DNA of 63,378 nt, counting the filler. It is 8 parts of 8 records of this genome, joined end to end, with 100 filler letters (N's around TTAATTAATTAA, not from the genome) between each part and the next. Parts side by side here need not be neighbours in the genome. Positions count along the whole stretch, not along the records: positions 6,913 to 16,546 come from SRR31156797_32094; positions 16,647 to 25,928 come from SRR31156797_32103; 6 more parts are not named here. One strand, 5' to 3'. This document shows, piece by piece, positions 8,377 to 17,063 of this stretch. The position numbers and the translations under genes are program-made. The notes under the pieces are model-generated. The model searched no databases. It was not told where the DNA came from and was given only the letters and a program-made list of their open reading frames with translations. The stretch's first letter is position 1. Each line of letters opens with the position of its first letter.

Positions 8377-10431
8377 TTATTTCCAAAACCTTGCAATAAA
8401 AATCTCGGCAAGTATAAATAACAGTGCCAGCAGAATACACCATTTCCAAAACTGTTTCCCGTTTTTTATTGACTCAAAAATTTCGGTGAAATTACGTTCA
8501 ACTTCTCTAACCACTGTTGCATTCTTTAACTGGTATTTATTTAGCCTGTCACTTAGTTCATTACTACTGATATAGCGCAAATCAGATTCTAAACGATTAT
8601 AATTAAAAGCCATGGATGATACTGTTTCATCACCATTTTTTACCAGAAAATGTCCATCTGTTTGGATTTGGTCATTAAACGTTAAACGAACACTGTTTCC
8701 CCAGTTGCTTTTATTTGGAATGAATTTTTCACCACTGGTTCGATTCTCAATTTCAATTGTAGAACTAAAATCAATATCGAGGTTACTCGGTAGGTTAACG
8801 AAATTATTTGATCCAACTGTAAACGATATGTTTTGCTTGGGTAAACTGTTTAAAACAATATTGTATAAAGTTGGAACAAAAAGAACATCGTGAGCAAAAG
8901 CTTTGTTATTTTCGTTTACGGGGAATCCAAATACCCATAGCTTTCCATCATTGTAATTTAGCATCGAAAGTGCTTTGTCGCCGTTTTGAAATGTTAAAAG
9001 CTTGTGTTCTTCAGTTCGTATTGACGAGCCAAATTGCAAGTGTCCGTTAATTTTGGGTAGTATCGGATTCTTTTCTTGTTTTTTAAAAACATCGGCATAA
9101 AATTTATGGTCAAAATCAATACCCGAAATTTCCTGAGTTGTTGAATCAATACCGTTAATTTGGTTGGCACCAAACATGGCCAGTAGCTTGTTGTTAAATT
9201 CCTGGTTTAATCGAAAACTGGGAAAAAGAACTACCGAACTGCCGATGTTTACAACATTTTCCAGTTCATTTAAAAAACCGCTTGAGAAATTTTCAATATT
9301 TAACAGAAAGATGGCATTGTAATCTTTTAAACGGTTTACCTGCAAACTTTGCTCATTCATTTCGTCGAATAAGATATAATCATCGTTGGCAAATAACGCC
9401 CTTATAAATTGTAATCCTTCTTTCGATTCGGCATTGTTACCAAAAATTGCCAGAGCTTTTAAATTTGGTTCCACAAAATAACTAAGATACCAGTTGTTAT
9501 CGTGGGTAAACGGATAGTCGGTAATTTCTATTTTACCAAGTTGAGGACCACTGTTGTTATTGGTATATTTTAAGTTGGCAACTATCTCGTTTTGTGCTTC
9601 TACCGAGAAATTCGTAATGGATTTTATTGAATCATTTATAAACAACTTTAACGGTAGGTTTTGATAATTCTGATTCGAACTGTTTTTTATTCGAACAAAC
9701 ATATTCTCCTCTTGTCCCAGCCGGTGTGCCGGAACTTCTACCCAACATGAATCAATAAAGAGATTTGCCACCTCGTTAGAAGTAAGCGGCATGAAATAAC
9801 TAAAAATCTCTTCCTTTCTGAAATTTGCAATGTCGCTTATATTACGTTGAAAGTCGGATATAAAATAAAGACTTTTATCTGTATCTGAACCTGATTCTTC
9901 TGATGCAAAACGGTTGTAAATTAAAGACATTGAAACAACGGTAGGGGAGGTTTTTACCTCTGAAACCTGTTGGATAAACTGTTCTTTATTAAAAACGTGT
10001 TGATGTTTGGGTTTTAGGTCGTTAGTGAATAACCTGAATTTGGTGCCTGGAGGGTGTGCCAGGCAAATCTCCAAAGCCTTATTTCGGGCAACTTCTAACA
10101 ATTGACCTTGTTCCGACAGTGCATTCATCGAAAATGAATTGTCGATGTAAACAGCAACCAGTCGATTGGGTTGTTTCTGTGCATCTTTATTTGCCGGGAT
10201 ATAAGGTTGGGCAAAAGCAAATACAAGGAAAATAAGAGTAAGGATACGCGCGGCCAGAATCAGAAGTTGTTTTAATCTCGATTTTTTTTTCGACTCTTTT
10301 TTTATGTTTTTTAAAAAATCAACATTACTAAAATATACTGTTTTATGACGTTTAAAGCTAAACAAGTGAATTATAACAGGTATAGCAATAGAAAACAGTG
10401 CAAATAAGAATGCTGGATAAAGAAACTTCAT
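8377..10431 (-). CDS. BatA-domain / vWA-like membrane protein
   Basis: N-terminal BatA double-TM motif (IPVIIHLF..VYFSNV..LVFAFAQP), IDNSFSM and ISDFQ vWA-like motifs, C-terminal TM ending WKWCILLALLFILAE. Confidence 0.85.
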   Translation of the reverse strand: MKFLYPAFLFALFSIAIPVIIHLFSFKRHKTVYFSNVDFLKNIKKESKKKSRLKQLLILAARILTLIFLVFAFAQPYIPANKDAQKQPNRLVAVYIDNSFSMNALSEQGQLLEVARNKALEICLAHPPGTKFRLFTNDLKPKHQHVFNKEQFIQQVSEVKTSPTVVSMSLIYNRFASEESGSDTDKSLYFISDFQRNISDIANFRKEEIFSYFMPLTSNEVANLFIDSCWVEVPAHRLGQEENMFVRIKNSSNQNYQNLPLKLFINDSIKSITNFSVEAQNEIVANLKYTNNNSGPQLGKIEITDYPFTHDNNWYLSYFVEPNLKALAIFGNNAESKEGLQFIRALFANDDYILFDEMNEQSLQVNRLKDYNAIFLLNIENFSSGFLNELENVVNIGSSVVLFPSFRLNQEFNNKLLAMFGANQINGIDSTTQEISGIDFDHKFYADVFKKQEKNPILPKINGHLQFGSSIRTEEHKLLTFQNGDKALSMLNYNDGKLWVFGFPVNENNKAFAHDVLFVPTLYNIVLNSLPKQNISFTVGSNNFVNLPSNLDIDFSSTIEIENRTSGEKFIPNKSNWGNSVRLTFNDQIQTDGHFLVKNGDETVSSMAFNYNRLESDLRYISSNELSDRLNKYQLKNATVVREVERNFTEIFESIKNGKQFWKWCILLALLFILAEIFIARFWK

Positions 10432-10483
10432 GTTCTTAAAAATAGGAAGACCAAAAACCGAAGTCAGGGGCCTTGGTTAAAAT

Positions 10484-11464
10484 TTATTCTTCTTTAAAAA
10501 TTGCTACGTTTTTTTCTCCATTCGATTTTATGTACCCACGAAACATACCGCTGGTATTAAACTCCATGGCTATGTTGCCCTGGGCATCAACCGCAATAAC
10601 TCCACCTGTACCCTCCAGTTCCGAGAGTTTATCGATTTCTTTCCTACAGGCTTCTTTTACGCTAAGTTGTTGGTATTCCACCATGGCCGAAATATCGCGG
10701 GCAAAACCAAGCCTGATATAATATTCGCCGTGTCCGGTACACGAAACAGCACAAGTCTTATTGTTGGCATAAGTACCGGCACCAATAATAGGAGAGTCGC
10801 CAATGCGTCCGTACTTTTTATTGGTCATTCCACCGGTTGAAGTTCCGGCACAAAGATTTCCATAGGTATCCAGAACTACACAGCCAACAGTACCCATATT
10901 GTCTTTTTTAGTTCTTTCGCGTTCGCGTTTTAGTAAACGTTGCAACGACTGAAACCTGTTTTCAGTATAAAAATAGTTGTTTGGAACCATTTCAAGTCCT
11001 TGTTTGCGGGCAAACTCCGAAGCTCCTTTACCGCTAAGCATAACGTGTACCGAATTATTCATAACCTCTCTCGCTGCGTTTATCGGATTTTTAATATCCT
11101 GTACACCGGCTACAGCTCCTGCATTTAAGGTTTCTCCATCCATAATAGAGGCATCCAACTCATTAACACCGTTGTGGGTAAAAACGGCTCCTTTTCCGGC
11201 ATTAAACAAGGGCGAATTTTCCATAACATTAATCACTTTTACTACCACATTGCTTGCAACGGCTCCATCCTTTAACATCGATTCGCCTACCTGAAGGGCT
11301 TCCGCTAGTTTAGCTTCGTATTCTTTCTGGCGCTCTTCACTCATCTTTTCTTTTGAAATAACTCCGGCACCGCCGTGAATAACCAAGGTATATTTTGCCT
11401 GAGAAAATCCTGAACTCGCAAAGATGAAAAAGGCTAAAAGAGTTAAAATAGTTTTGTTTGTCAT
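10484..11464 (-). CDS. iaaA: Isoaspartyl peptidase/L-asparaginase (Ntn hydrolase) with signal peptide
   Basis: VIHGGAG, FNAGKGAVF, ELDASIMDG, GTVG autocleavage site, TSTGGMTNK, RIGDSPIIGAG, TGHGE. Confidence 0.9.
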   Translation of the reverse strand: MTNKTILTLLAFFIFASSGFSQAKYTLVIHGGAGVISKEKMSEERQKEYEAKLAEALQVGESMLKDGAVASNVVVKVINVMENSPLFNAGKGAVFTHNGVNELDASIMDGETLNAGAVAGVQDIKNPINAAREVMNNSVHVMLSGKGASEFARKQGLEMVPNNYFYTENRFQSLQRLLKRERERTKKDNMGTVGCVVLDTYGNLCAGTSTGGMTNKKYGRIGDSPIIGAGTYANNKTCAVSCTGHGEYYIRLGFARDISAMVEYQQLSVKEACRKEIDKLSELEGTGGVIAVDAQGNIAMEFNTSGMFRGYIKSNGEKNVAIFKEE

Positions 11465-11658
11465 GGTGCAAATATTTTAACTACAAAAATGAAATAAAAT
11501 TCAGAATTGAAGTACTCAATTGGAGTTTCTTTTCTGTTTGTTAAACAGAATTTTTGTCGTATTTTGTTAATTTGTTTATTCTTTGTAGTTTTAATGTTAA
11601 ACAAAATGTTTTTTCTCCTGTTGTATGAATCAAAAAGACAGCACAAAACAAGGGTAAT

Positions 11659-12543
11659 ATGAAAACAGAAGGATATTCAATAAAGGACCTTGAAACGTTA
11701 TCTGGCGTTAAAGCACACACCATTCGGATTTGGGAAAAAAGATACGAGTTGTTGCATCCGAAACGAACTGATACTAATATTCGTTTTTATACTGATGCAG
11801 ATTTAAAACGTATGTTGAACATATCGCTTTTAGTGCGAAACGGGTATAAAATTTCGAAAGTGGCAAAATGGCGGGAAGATGATGTTAAGGAAACAGTTTT
11901 AAAGGTTGCTCAATCAAAAAAAACGGATGAAGGATATGTAGAACGATTATTGCTAAGCATGGTTAACTTTGATAACCTGGGATTTAACGCATTGACCAAC
12001 GATGTATTTGAGCAGCTCAGTTTTGAAGACGCTATTCAAAAGGTGTTTTTTGCTCTCTTTGAACGGATTGGAATTTATTGGCAAATTGGTTCTATCTTTC
12101 CTGCGCAGGAACATTTTGTAAGCCATTTGATGCGACAGAAAATTATAGCTGCAATTGATGCATTGGGGGGTAATGAAACAGGAGCCAAAAGTATTCTGTT
12201 TTATTTACCTGAAGAAGAATTGCATGAGTTAAGCTTGTTGTTTTATTCTTATTTGGCTACCAAAGCAGGATTTAATGTAATCTATTTGGGGCAACTAGTT
12301 CCTTTCGAAGATCTTGAGAAGTTAAAAAAACATATCGATGTTGATTTTGTATTTACAGCTTTTATCAATTCAATTTCAAAAAAAGAACTGGAGAACTACC
12401 TGGTACGATTAAAAGAATTATACCCCCGGCAAAAAGTTTTTATAACCGGGTGGCAAGTGAACCAGTTAGAGCCATCACTTCCCCGTAATGTTAAGGCAGT
12501 AAAAGATTTTAAGGAGTTTAAAAAGTTTTTTGGAATACACTAA
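11659..12543 (+). CDS. MerR-family regulator with cobalamin-binding domain (CarH/LitR-like)
   Basis: MerR HTH (YSIKDLETLSGVKAHTIRIWEKRY), W-x9-EH (WQIGSIFPAQEH), ELHELS and IYLGQLVP B12-domain motifs. Confidence 0.85.
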   Translation: MKTEGYSIKDLETLSGVKAHTIRIWEKRYELLHPKRTDTNIRFYTDADLKRMLNISLLVRNGYKISKVAKWREDDVKETVLKVAQSKKTDEGYVERLLLSMVNFDNLGFNALTNDVFEQLSFEDAIQKVFFALFERIGIYWQIGSIFPAQEHFVSHLMRQKIIAAIDALGGNETGAKSILFYLPEEELHELSLLFYSYLATKAGFNVIYLGQLVPFEDLEKLKKHIDVDFVFTAFINSISKKELENYLVRLKELYPRQKVFITGWQVNQLEPSLPRNVKAVKDFKEFKKFFGIH

Positions 12544-12546
12544 ACT

Positions 12547-12765
12547 TTATGGTTCGTGTAGTTTTTCTTTTGTGTTGTGTGCTGCTGCAAAAACATGTGC
12601 CCAGATCAAAAAAAGAAATAAGAGTACAACTATTCCTATTGAAAGAAACAATATCATTGTGTAAATTTTCTTATTGTCGGAAGCCAAAGGGAATACAAGT
12701 ACCAATGCTACTAAAAACAATAGTATCGAAACTACCAACCGAATATTGTACTTATAATTATTCAT
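12547..12765 (-). CDS. Small two-TM hypothetical membrane protein
   Basis: Two hydrophobic stretches. Start placed at the internal ATG (MNNYKY); the ORF track starts at 12822. Confidence 0.5.
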   Translation of the reverse strand: MNNYKYNIRLVVSILLFLVALVLVFPLASDNKKIYTMILFLSIGIVVLLFLFLIWAHVFAAAHNTKEKLHEP

Positions 12766-12914
12766 TTCTGTTTGCCTGTATAAAAGGCTATTGAAGTTAA
12801 AAAAATCGATATTTATAATCAATAAGTGAAAACCTGAAAAATATGTAAGGAATAGATTGTCACTTAATGTATATATGTGTTAAGTAAAGTGCGCCTAACT
12901 TTTTTAAGTATTGT

Positions 12915-13427
12915 TTATTGTGGCCCAATTGAGTTTGCTTCACTGTTTAATCCTGGCGTAAGTGATAAACGTTTTACATCTGTAGTAAAAATCTCAAGCA
13001 TTTCATCGTCGTCGCTTTGTGGGGTGTTACTAAAATACAAATTGTAGTTTGCGTGCATCGGTACCATAACTTTACAATTTAATTTTGGCGGAATACGAAT
13101 ATCCATAAAATCGCAATAATCCTCTTTATCCCAAACTAAATCGGTAAGCATGTTCACATAGATTGTATCGTTGGTTGGATTTATCAGGTTTAACTTCTTA
13201 AATTCTTGTTCAGAAGGTACATAATCTACTTCGGTATCGAGTAAGGCACTCATAAAAACAGTGCCAAAACCTGCCATAATATCACCAAAAACATTTCCTC
13301 CATGAGTGTTGCGCAGTTCTTTCTGGCGCTCATAACTCGATTCGTCGTGAAAATATTTTGGGGCAGCACAACTCTGAAAAAGTAGTCCAATAATCAATAT
13401 CAGCAGGTAAGTAAAATGGCTTTTCAT
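12915..13427 (-). CDS. Hypothetical lipoprotein
   Basis: Signal peptide ending in a lipobox-like FQSC. Confidence 0.7.
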   Translation of the reverse strand: MKSHFTYLLILIIGLLFQSCAAPKYFHDESSYERQKELRNTHGGNVFGDIMAGFGTVFMSALLDTEVDYVPSEQEFKKLNLINPTNDTIYVNMLTDLVWDKEDYCDFMDIRIPPKLNCKVMVPMHANYNLYFSNTPQSDDDEMLEIFTTDVKRLSLTPGLNSEANSIGPQ

Positions 13428-13562
13428 AATTGTGGTTCTTTGCTGATCGTGAAAAACAATTATCGTGCCTTAAATTTTTTGAGTTTGCTTATTAAACATT
13501 AATAAAAACTCCGTATACTTGAATATTAATTCCAACGTTATAAACAAAAACACTATAAAACT

Positions 13563-14162
13563 ATGAAAAGATTTCTTATTATTGTCTTGTTTTTCTTATC
13601 GGTAACTATTGCAAAAGCTCAGCCGGTATTCGATATTGGCCTGAAGGCAGGTGTAACCACATCATCATTAAGTATTGACAATATCAGTAGTTTGCTGGAT
13701 TTGGATTCGGACGCTATAACTAATATGCATTGGGGAGCTTTTGGGCGTGTGGGCTTTGGACGTTTATATGTTCAACCCGAGCTTTATTTTAACAAAAAAG
13801 GTGGCGATTTAACAAGTAATATTTATGAAATGGCCGGTGGATTTGATTACAAAAATATTGATGTACCGGTTTTGTTAGGCTACAAAGTAATTAAAGGCTC
13901 GTTGCTTGACTTACGTTTAATGGCAGGACCGGTATTTAGTTTTGTAACCGATGTTGATTACCCGGATGAACTGGATGATTTTTTACACGATGAGTTTTTT
14001 AATGATCACTTGCTAGGGGTGCAATATGGTGTTGGAGTAGATGTGCTGTTCTTAACTTTAGATGCCCGTATGGAGCATTGCGGAAATATCTACGAAGATC
14101 CTGACTTGATTAGCGGAAGAGCAACTTCTTTTATGATTACACTTGGATTTAAAATATTATAA
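13563..14162 (+). CDS. Outer-membrane beta-barrel (porin-family/PorT-like) protein
   Basis: Signal peptide; GLKAG, LYVQPELYF..KGG, IDVPVLLGYK, LMAGP motifs; C-terminal TLGFKIL. Confidence 0.8.
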   Translation: MKRFLIIVLFFLSVTIAKAQPVFDIGLKAGVTTSSLSIDNISSLLDLDSDAITNMHWGAFGRVGFGRLYVQPELYFNKKGGDLTSNIYEMAGGFDYKNIDVPVLLGYKVIKGSLLDLRLMAGPVFSFVTDVDYPDELDDFLHDEFFNDHLLGVQYGVGVDVLFLTLDARMEHCGNIYEDPDLISGRATSFMITLGFKIL

Positions 14163-14182
14163 AAAAGATATTATTGAGAGAG

Positions 14183-14211
14183 AAAAGGCTTCGAAATATT
14201 CGAAGCTTTTT
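14183..14211. terminator. Bidirectional terminator
   Basis: AAAAGGCTTCGAA-ATA-TTCGAAGCTTTTT between convergent genes. Confidence 0.7.
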
Positions 14212-14459
14212 TATGCGTTTTTTTTAAACCAGTTTACCGGATTAAGTTGTTCTTTGTATTTGGTAAACAATTCTTTACCTACCAATAATCCACCAGCCCA
14301 AAAAACAACCTCCATTAATATAAAACTGGTAGTTGAAGCTGCAACCTTGGTTTTAGTTGGCATGTCAAAAAATGGAATTATCAAAGTAGCTGCAAAAAAT
14401 ACTCCTGAAAATACCATCAAAAAAATGCCGAATTTTATTTGCCGGTTTTTACCTTTCAT
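14211..14459 (-). CDS. Small membrane protein (transporter-suffix-domain type)
   Basis: Two TM helices with MEVVFWAGGLLVGKE followed by a basic tail. Confidence 0.7.
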   Translation of the reverse strand: MKGKNRQIKFGIFLMVFSGVFFAATLIIPFFDMPTKTKVAASTTSFILMEVVFWAGGLLVGKELFTKYKEQLNPVNWFKKNA

Positions 14460-14500
14460 TAAAACTAAAACACCTAATGATGGTATTTGTTTTAATAGGG

Positions 14501-15139
14501 CTAATCGCCTAAACTTTGCATTAATAAAGTACAGGCATTGGGCCCTTCGTTAAACAGTAAATCGAGAATACTTAGGTTGGCAACAAATCCGAACTTTTCG
14601 GTAAATACCTGGGTGTAAGCCCTGGGGTGGAAATGTTTGTCGGTTTGGGTTTTGTTTTTGGGTGAGATCGAACTCCTTAAGTTAAGTGTATTCTCAGGAA
14701 CTTCTTCAAAATCACCGGTTAGAATAACTTTGTTTTCAATTTCCAGAAAGTCGCAAATGGTTTCATGGATCTTTAGGTTGTGGTCGAGTAAAAAACTAGT
14801 TTTTGTTTCGAAGAATGGGAACAATTCATCCTGGTAGTATTCAAAATATGGCGATGAATTATAGGCTGAAACAATAGTTTGCCACTGGTTTCTTTGCCAG
14901 TTTTCGTCGTACGAAATCTTCAGGTCTTTTATTAAAATTTTTGGTCCTCTGCCCTTTACTACAGGTATTACAAGCGAAATGGGGCCATTGCTCCCAAGTA
15001 TTGTACACCGGTTTCGGTAGGTTTGTTTTATAAAGTTTTCAAATTGCTCGATATAAACCTTTGGGTGATGAAGATAGCGTGTATAGGCGTGTATAGGTGC
15101 AAAATAAGCAGTGCTCAATAAAAGTGTTTCGGTATTCAT
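14501..15139 (-). CDS. WbqC family protein
   Basis: KQTYRNRC, LVIPV, AYNSSPYFEYY, YTQVF..GFVANLSILDLLFNEGP; near lepB as is usual in Bacteroidota. Confidence 0.85.
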   Translation of the reverse strand: MNTETLLLSTAYFAPIHAYTRYLHHPKVYIEQFENFIKQTYRNRCTILGSNGPISLVIPVVKGRGPKILIKDLKISYDENWQRNQWQTIVSAYNSSPYFEYYQDELFPFFETKTSFLLDHNLKIHETICDFLEIENKVILTGDFEEVPENTLNLRSSISPKNKTQTDKHFHPRAYTQVFTEKFGFVANLSILDLLFNEGPNACTLLMQSLGD

Positions 15140-15141
15140 GT

Positions 15142-15501
15142 TTAGTCTTTAAAAAAAGTATCGCCAGTGTCATCGTCATTGTCTAGTTCTATTCCCTCCG
15201 GATCGGTAATTTCCTCTCTTACTTCCTGGTCTTTATGTCGATTTAGTTCATGTAATTCCTTTAACTCGTTATTGAATTTAATCAATTGATTGTATTCTCT
15301 TTTCACTTTCCAAAGTCTGGGGTAAAAATAAATGGCAGCAACAAGATACCCTAGCAATAAGCAGCTTAGAAGAACAATAACCAAGGGGGCATCTGTTATA
15401 TCCCAAAAAAGAAAATGGATTGTAAGATCAATATTATTTTGCAAGGTAAATATTACCAGCAGAACGGCCAGGATAAGAAGTAAAATGACAACTAACTGCA
15501 T
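15142..15501 (-). CDS. LapA family (lipopolysaccharide assembly protein A) membrane protein
   Basis: IFTLQN..IHFLFW..PLVIVLL..LLG pattern followed by a coiled coil. Confidence 0.75.
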   Translation of the reverse strand: MQLVVILLLILAVLLVIFTLQNNIDLTIHFLFWDITDAPLVIVLLSCLLLGYLVAAIYFYPRLWKVKREYNQLIKFNNELKELHELNRHKDQEVREEITDPEGIELDNDDDTGDTFFKD

Positions 15502-15629
15502 GACTTTTTGTTTTTGTAAAAATAAAAAAGGATAACAGATTCACCATTATCCTTTTAACGAATATTTTTGAATAAGATTGTAAATTATGAGATCAAAGTA
15601 CCCATTATATCAACCTTGCCTTTATAAGC

Positions 15630-16544
15630 TTACTTAACGCTGCTAAATAATCGTTTAAACCTGATATTTGCCGGGAAACTTTTGTCTTTATCCAAAGATA
15701 ACCATATAAATTTAGCTTTTCCAACCACATGGTCTTCGGGCACAAAACCCCAGTAACGCGAATCGGCTGAATTATGTCGGTTATCACCCATCATCCAGTA
15801 ATAATTCATTTTAAAGGTGTAGCTTGTGGCAACTTCTCCGTTAATTTTAATTACATCACCGGCTACTTCCAGTTCATTTTCTTCGTAGATTTCGATTATC
15901 CTTTGGTAAAGTGGCAGGTTCTGAGTTGTAAGTTCAATGGAGACTCCTTTTGCCGGAATGGTTAGTGGCCCAAAGTTGTCTTCATTCCAATTGTATCCCG
16001 GTGCATTTGGAAATATTCCCAATTCTTTTTGTCCTGCATCGTAAAGGGTTTTCTGTAATGAGTTAACATTGGCAAAACCTTTTAATTTAGTAGCGGCTTC
16101 ATCTGTTAGCGGAAATAAATATTGTTCGCTTGAATATACATTTCGATCAGCTTTTGCAATATTCAGTTTTTCCAACATTTTAGAATTTATTGCTGTACCG
16201 TTGGTTTTAACCATATAATTAAATTGCATTCCGTCAAAATGTTGCTGTGGTTTGTCGTTTACAAATAACTGTCCTTTTTTAAGTTCTATTTTATCTCCGG
16301 GTATACCCACGCAGCGTTTAATATAATTCTCGCGCTTATCCACCGGGCGGTTAATAACCTCACCAAAGTGTCTTTTGTCGGTCCATACACGGTTGCGGCC
16401 ATACGATCTGATTAGCTGGTAATAACTTTGTGTTGGCATACCTAAGGCCACGGTATCTCCTTCCGGAAAATGGAAAACCACAACATCGTCGTTTTTAATT
16501 TTTGTAAATCCTTTTAACCTTTTGTAAGGGCGTTTAATGGCTTC
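15630..16544 (-). CDS. lepB: Signal peptidase I, 5' truncated
   Basis: DVVVFHFP, YIKRCVGIPGD (catalytic Lys box), MMGDNRHNSADSRYWGFVPEDHVVGKA. Confidence 0.95.
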   Translation of the reverse strand, partial: EAIKRPYKRLKGFTKIKNDDVVVFHFPEGDTVALGMPTQSYYQLIRSYGRNRVWTDKRHFGEVINRPVDKRENYIKRCVGIPGDKIELKKGQLFVNDKPQQHFDGMQFNYMVKTNGTAINSKMLEKLNIAKADRNVYSSEQYLFPLTDEAATKLKGFANVNSLQKTLYDAGQKELGIFPNAPGYNWNEDNFGPLTIPAKGVSIELTTQNLPLYQRIIEIYEENELEVAGDVIKINGEVATSYTFKMNYYWMMGDNRHNSADSRYWGFVPEDHVVGKAKFIWLSLDKDKSFPANIRFKRLFSSVK

Positions 16545-16546
16545 GG

Positions 16547-16646
16547 NNNNNNNNNNNNNNNNNNNNNNNNNNNNNNNNNNNNNNNNNNNNTTAATTAATT
16601 AANNNNNNNNNNNNNNNNNNNNNNNNNNNNNNNNNNNNNNNNNNNN
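16547..16646. other. Artificial contig spacer
   Basis: N-run with TTAATTAATTAA. Confidence 0.98.
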
Positions 16647-16647
16647 C

Positions 16648-17061
16648 ACCAGCGGCATCAAGGTGGTCCATTACGTGATTATCTGTAAATACATGTATGC
16701 GGCCATCCGGAAAATATTCCTGCAACCCATGTCGGTCATGAGTATCCGTTTGAACCAGCGCCCTGTTGATCAATCCATCATCGATCTTTCGGTCTGCTAC
16801 TTCATTGTTAATATTTTAATGGTGCTCATGGGCGGGTGCCTCATGGTTCTGTTGGACAACATGGACTATCTGACGGGCATCAGTTCCGTCATCGCTTCCC
16901 TCATGAACATCGGTCCGGGGTTCGGGGCCATCGGCGCATCGGAAAATTATGCCCATATTTCCACTGCGGGCAAATGGTTTCTTGCCTGGAATATGATGGT
17001 GGGACGTCTGGAAATGTTCTCGGCCCTGGTCATCTTCTATCCGTCTTTCTGGAAAAGATAA
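16648..17061 (+). CDS. trkH: TrkH potassium uptake permease, C-terminal fragment
   Basis: TSGIKV, SLMNIGPGFG pore loop, MMVGRLEMF..FYPSFWK. Confidence 0.9.
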   Translation, partial: TSGIKVVHYVIICKYMYAAIRKIFLQPMSVMSIRLNQRPVDQSIIDLSVCYFIVNILMVLMGGCLMVLLDNMDYLTGISSVIASLMNIGPGFGAIGASENYAHISTAGKWFLAWNMMVGRLEMFSALVIFYPSFWKR

Positions 17062-17063
17062 GC

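Noticed and set aside
16836-17063. 76-aa N-terminal extension of HrpB in the ORF track
   Set aside because: It overlaps trkH in another frame; HrpB-like sequence begins at MKPFGLPID (ATG 17064).
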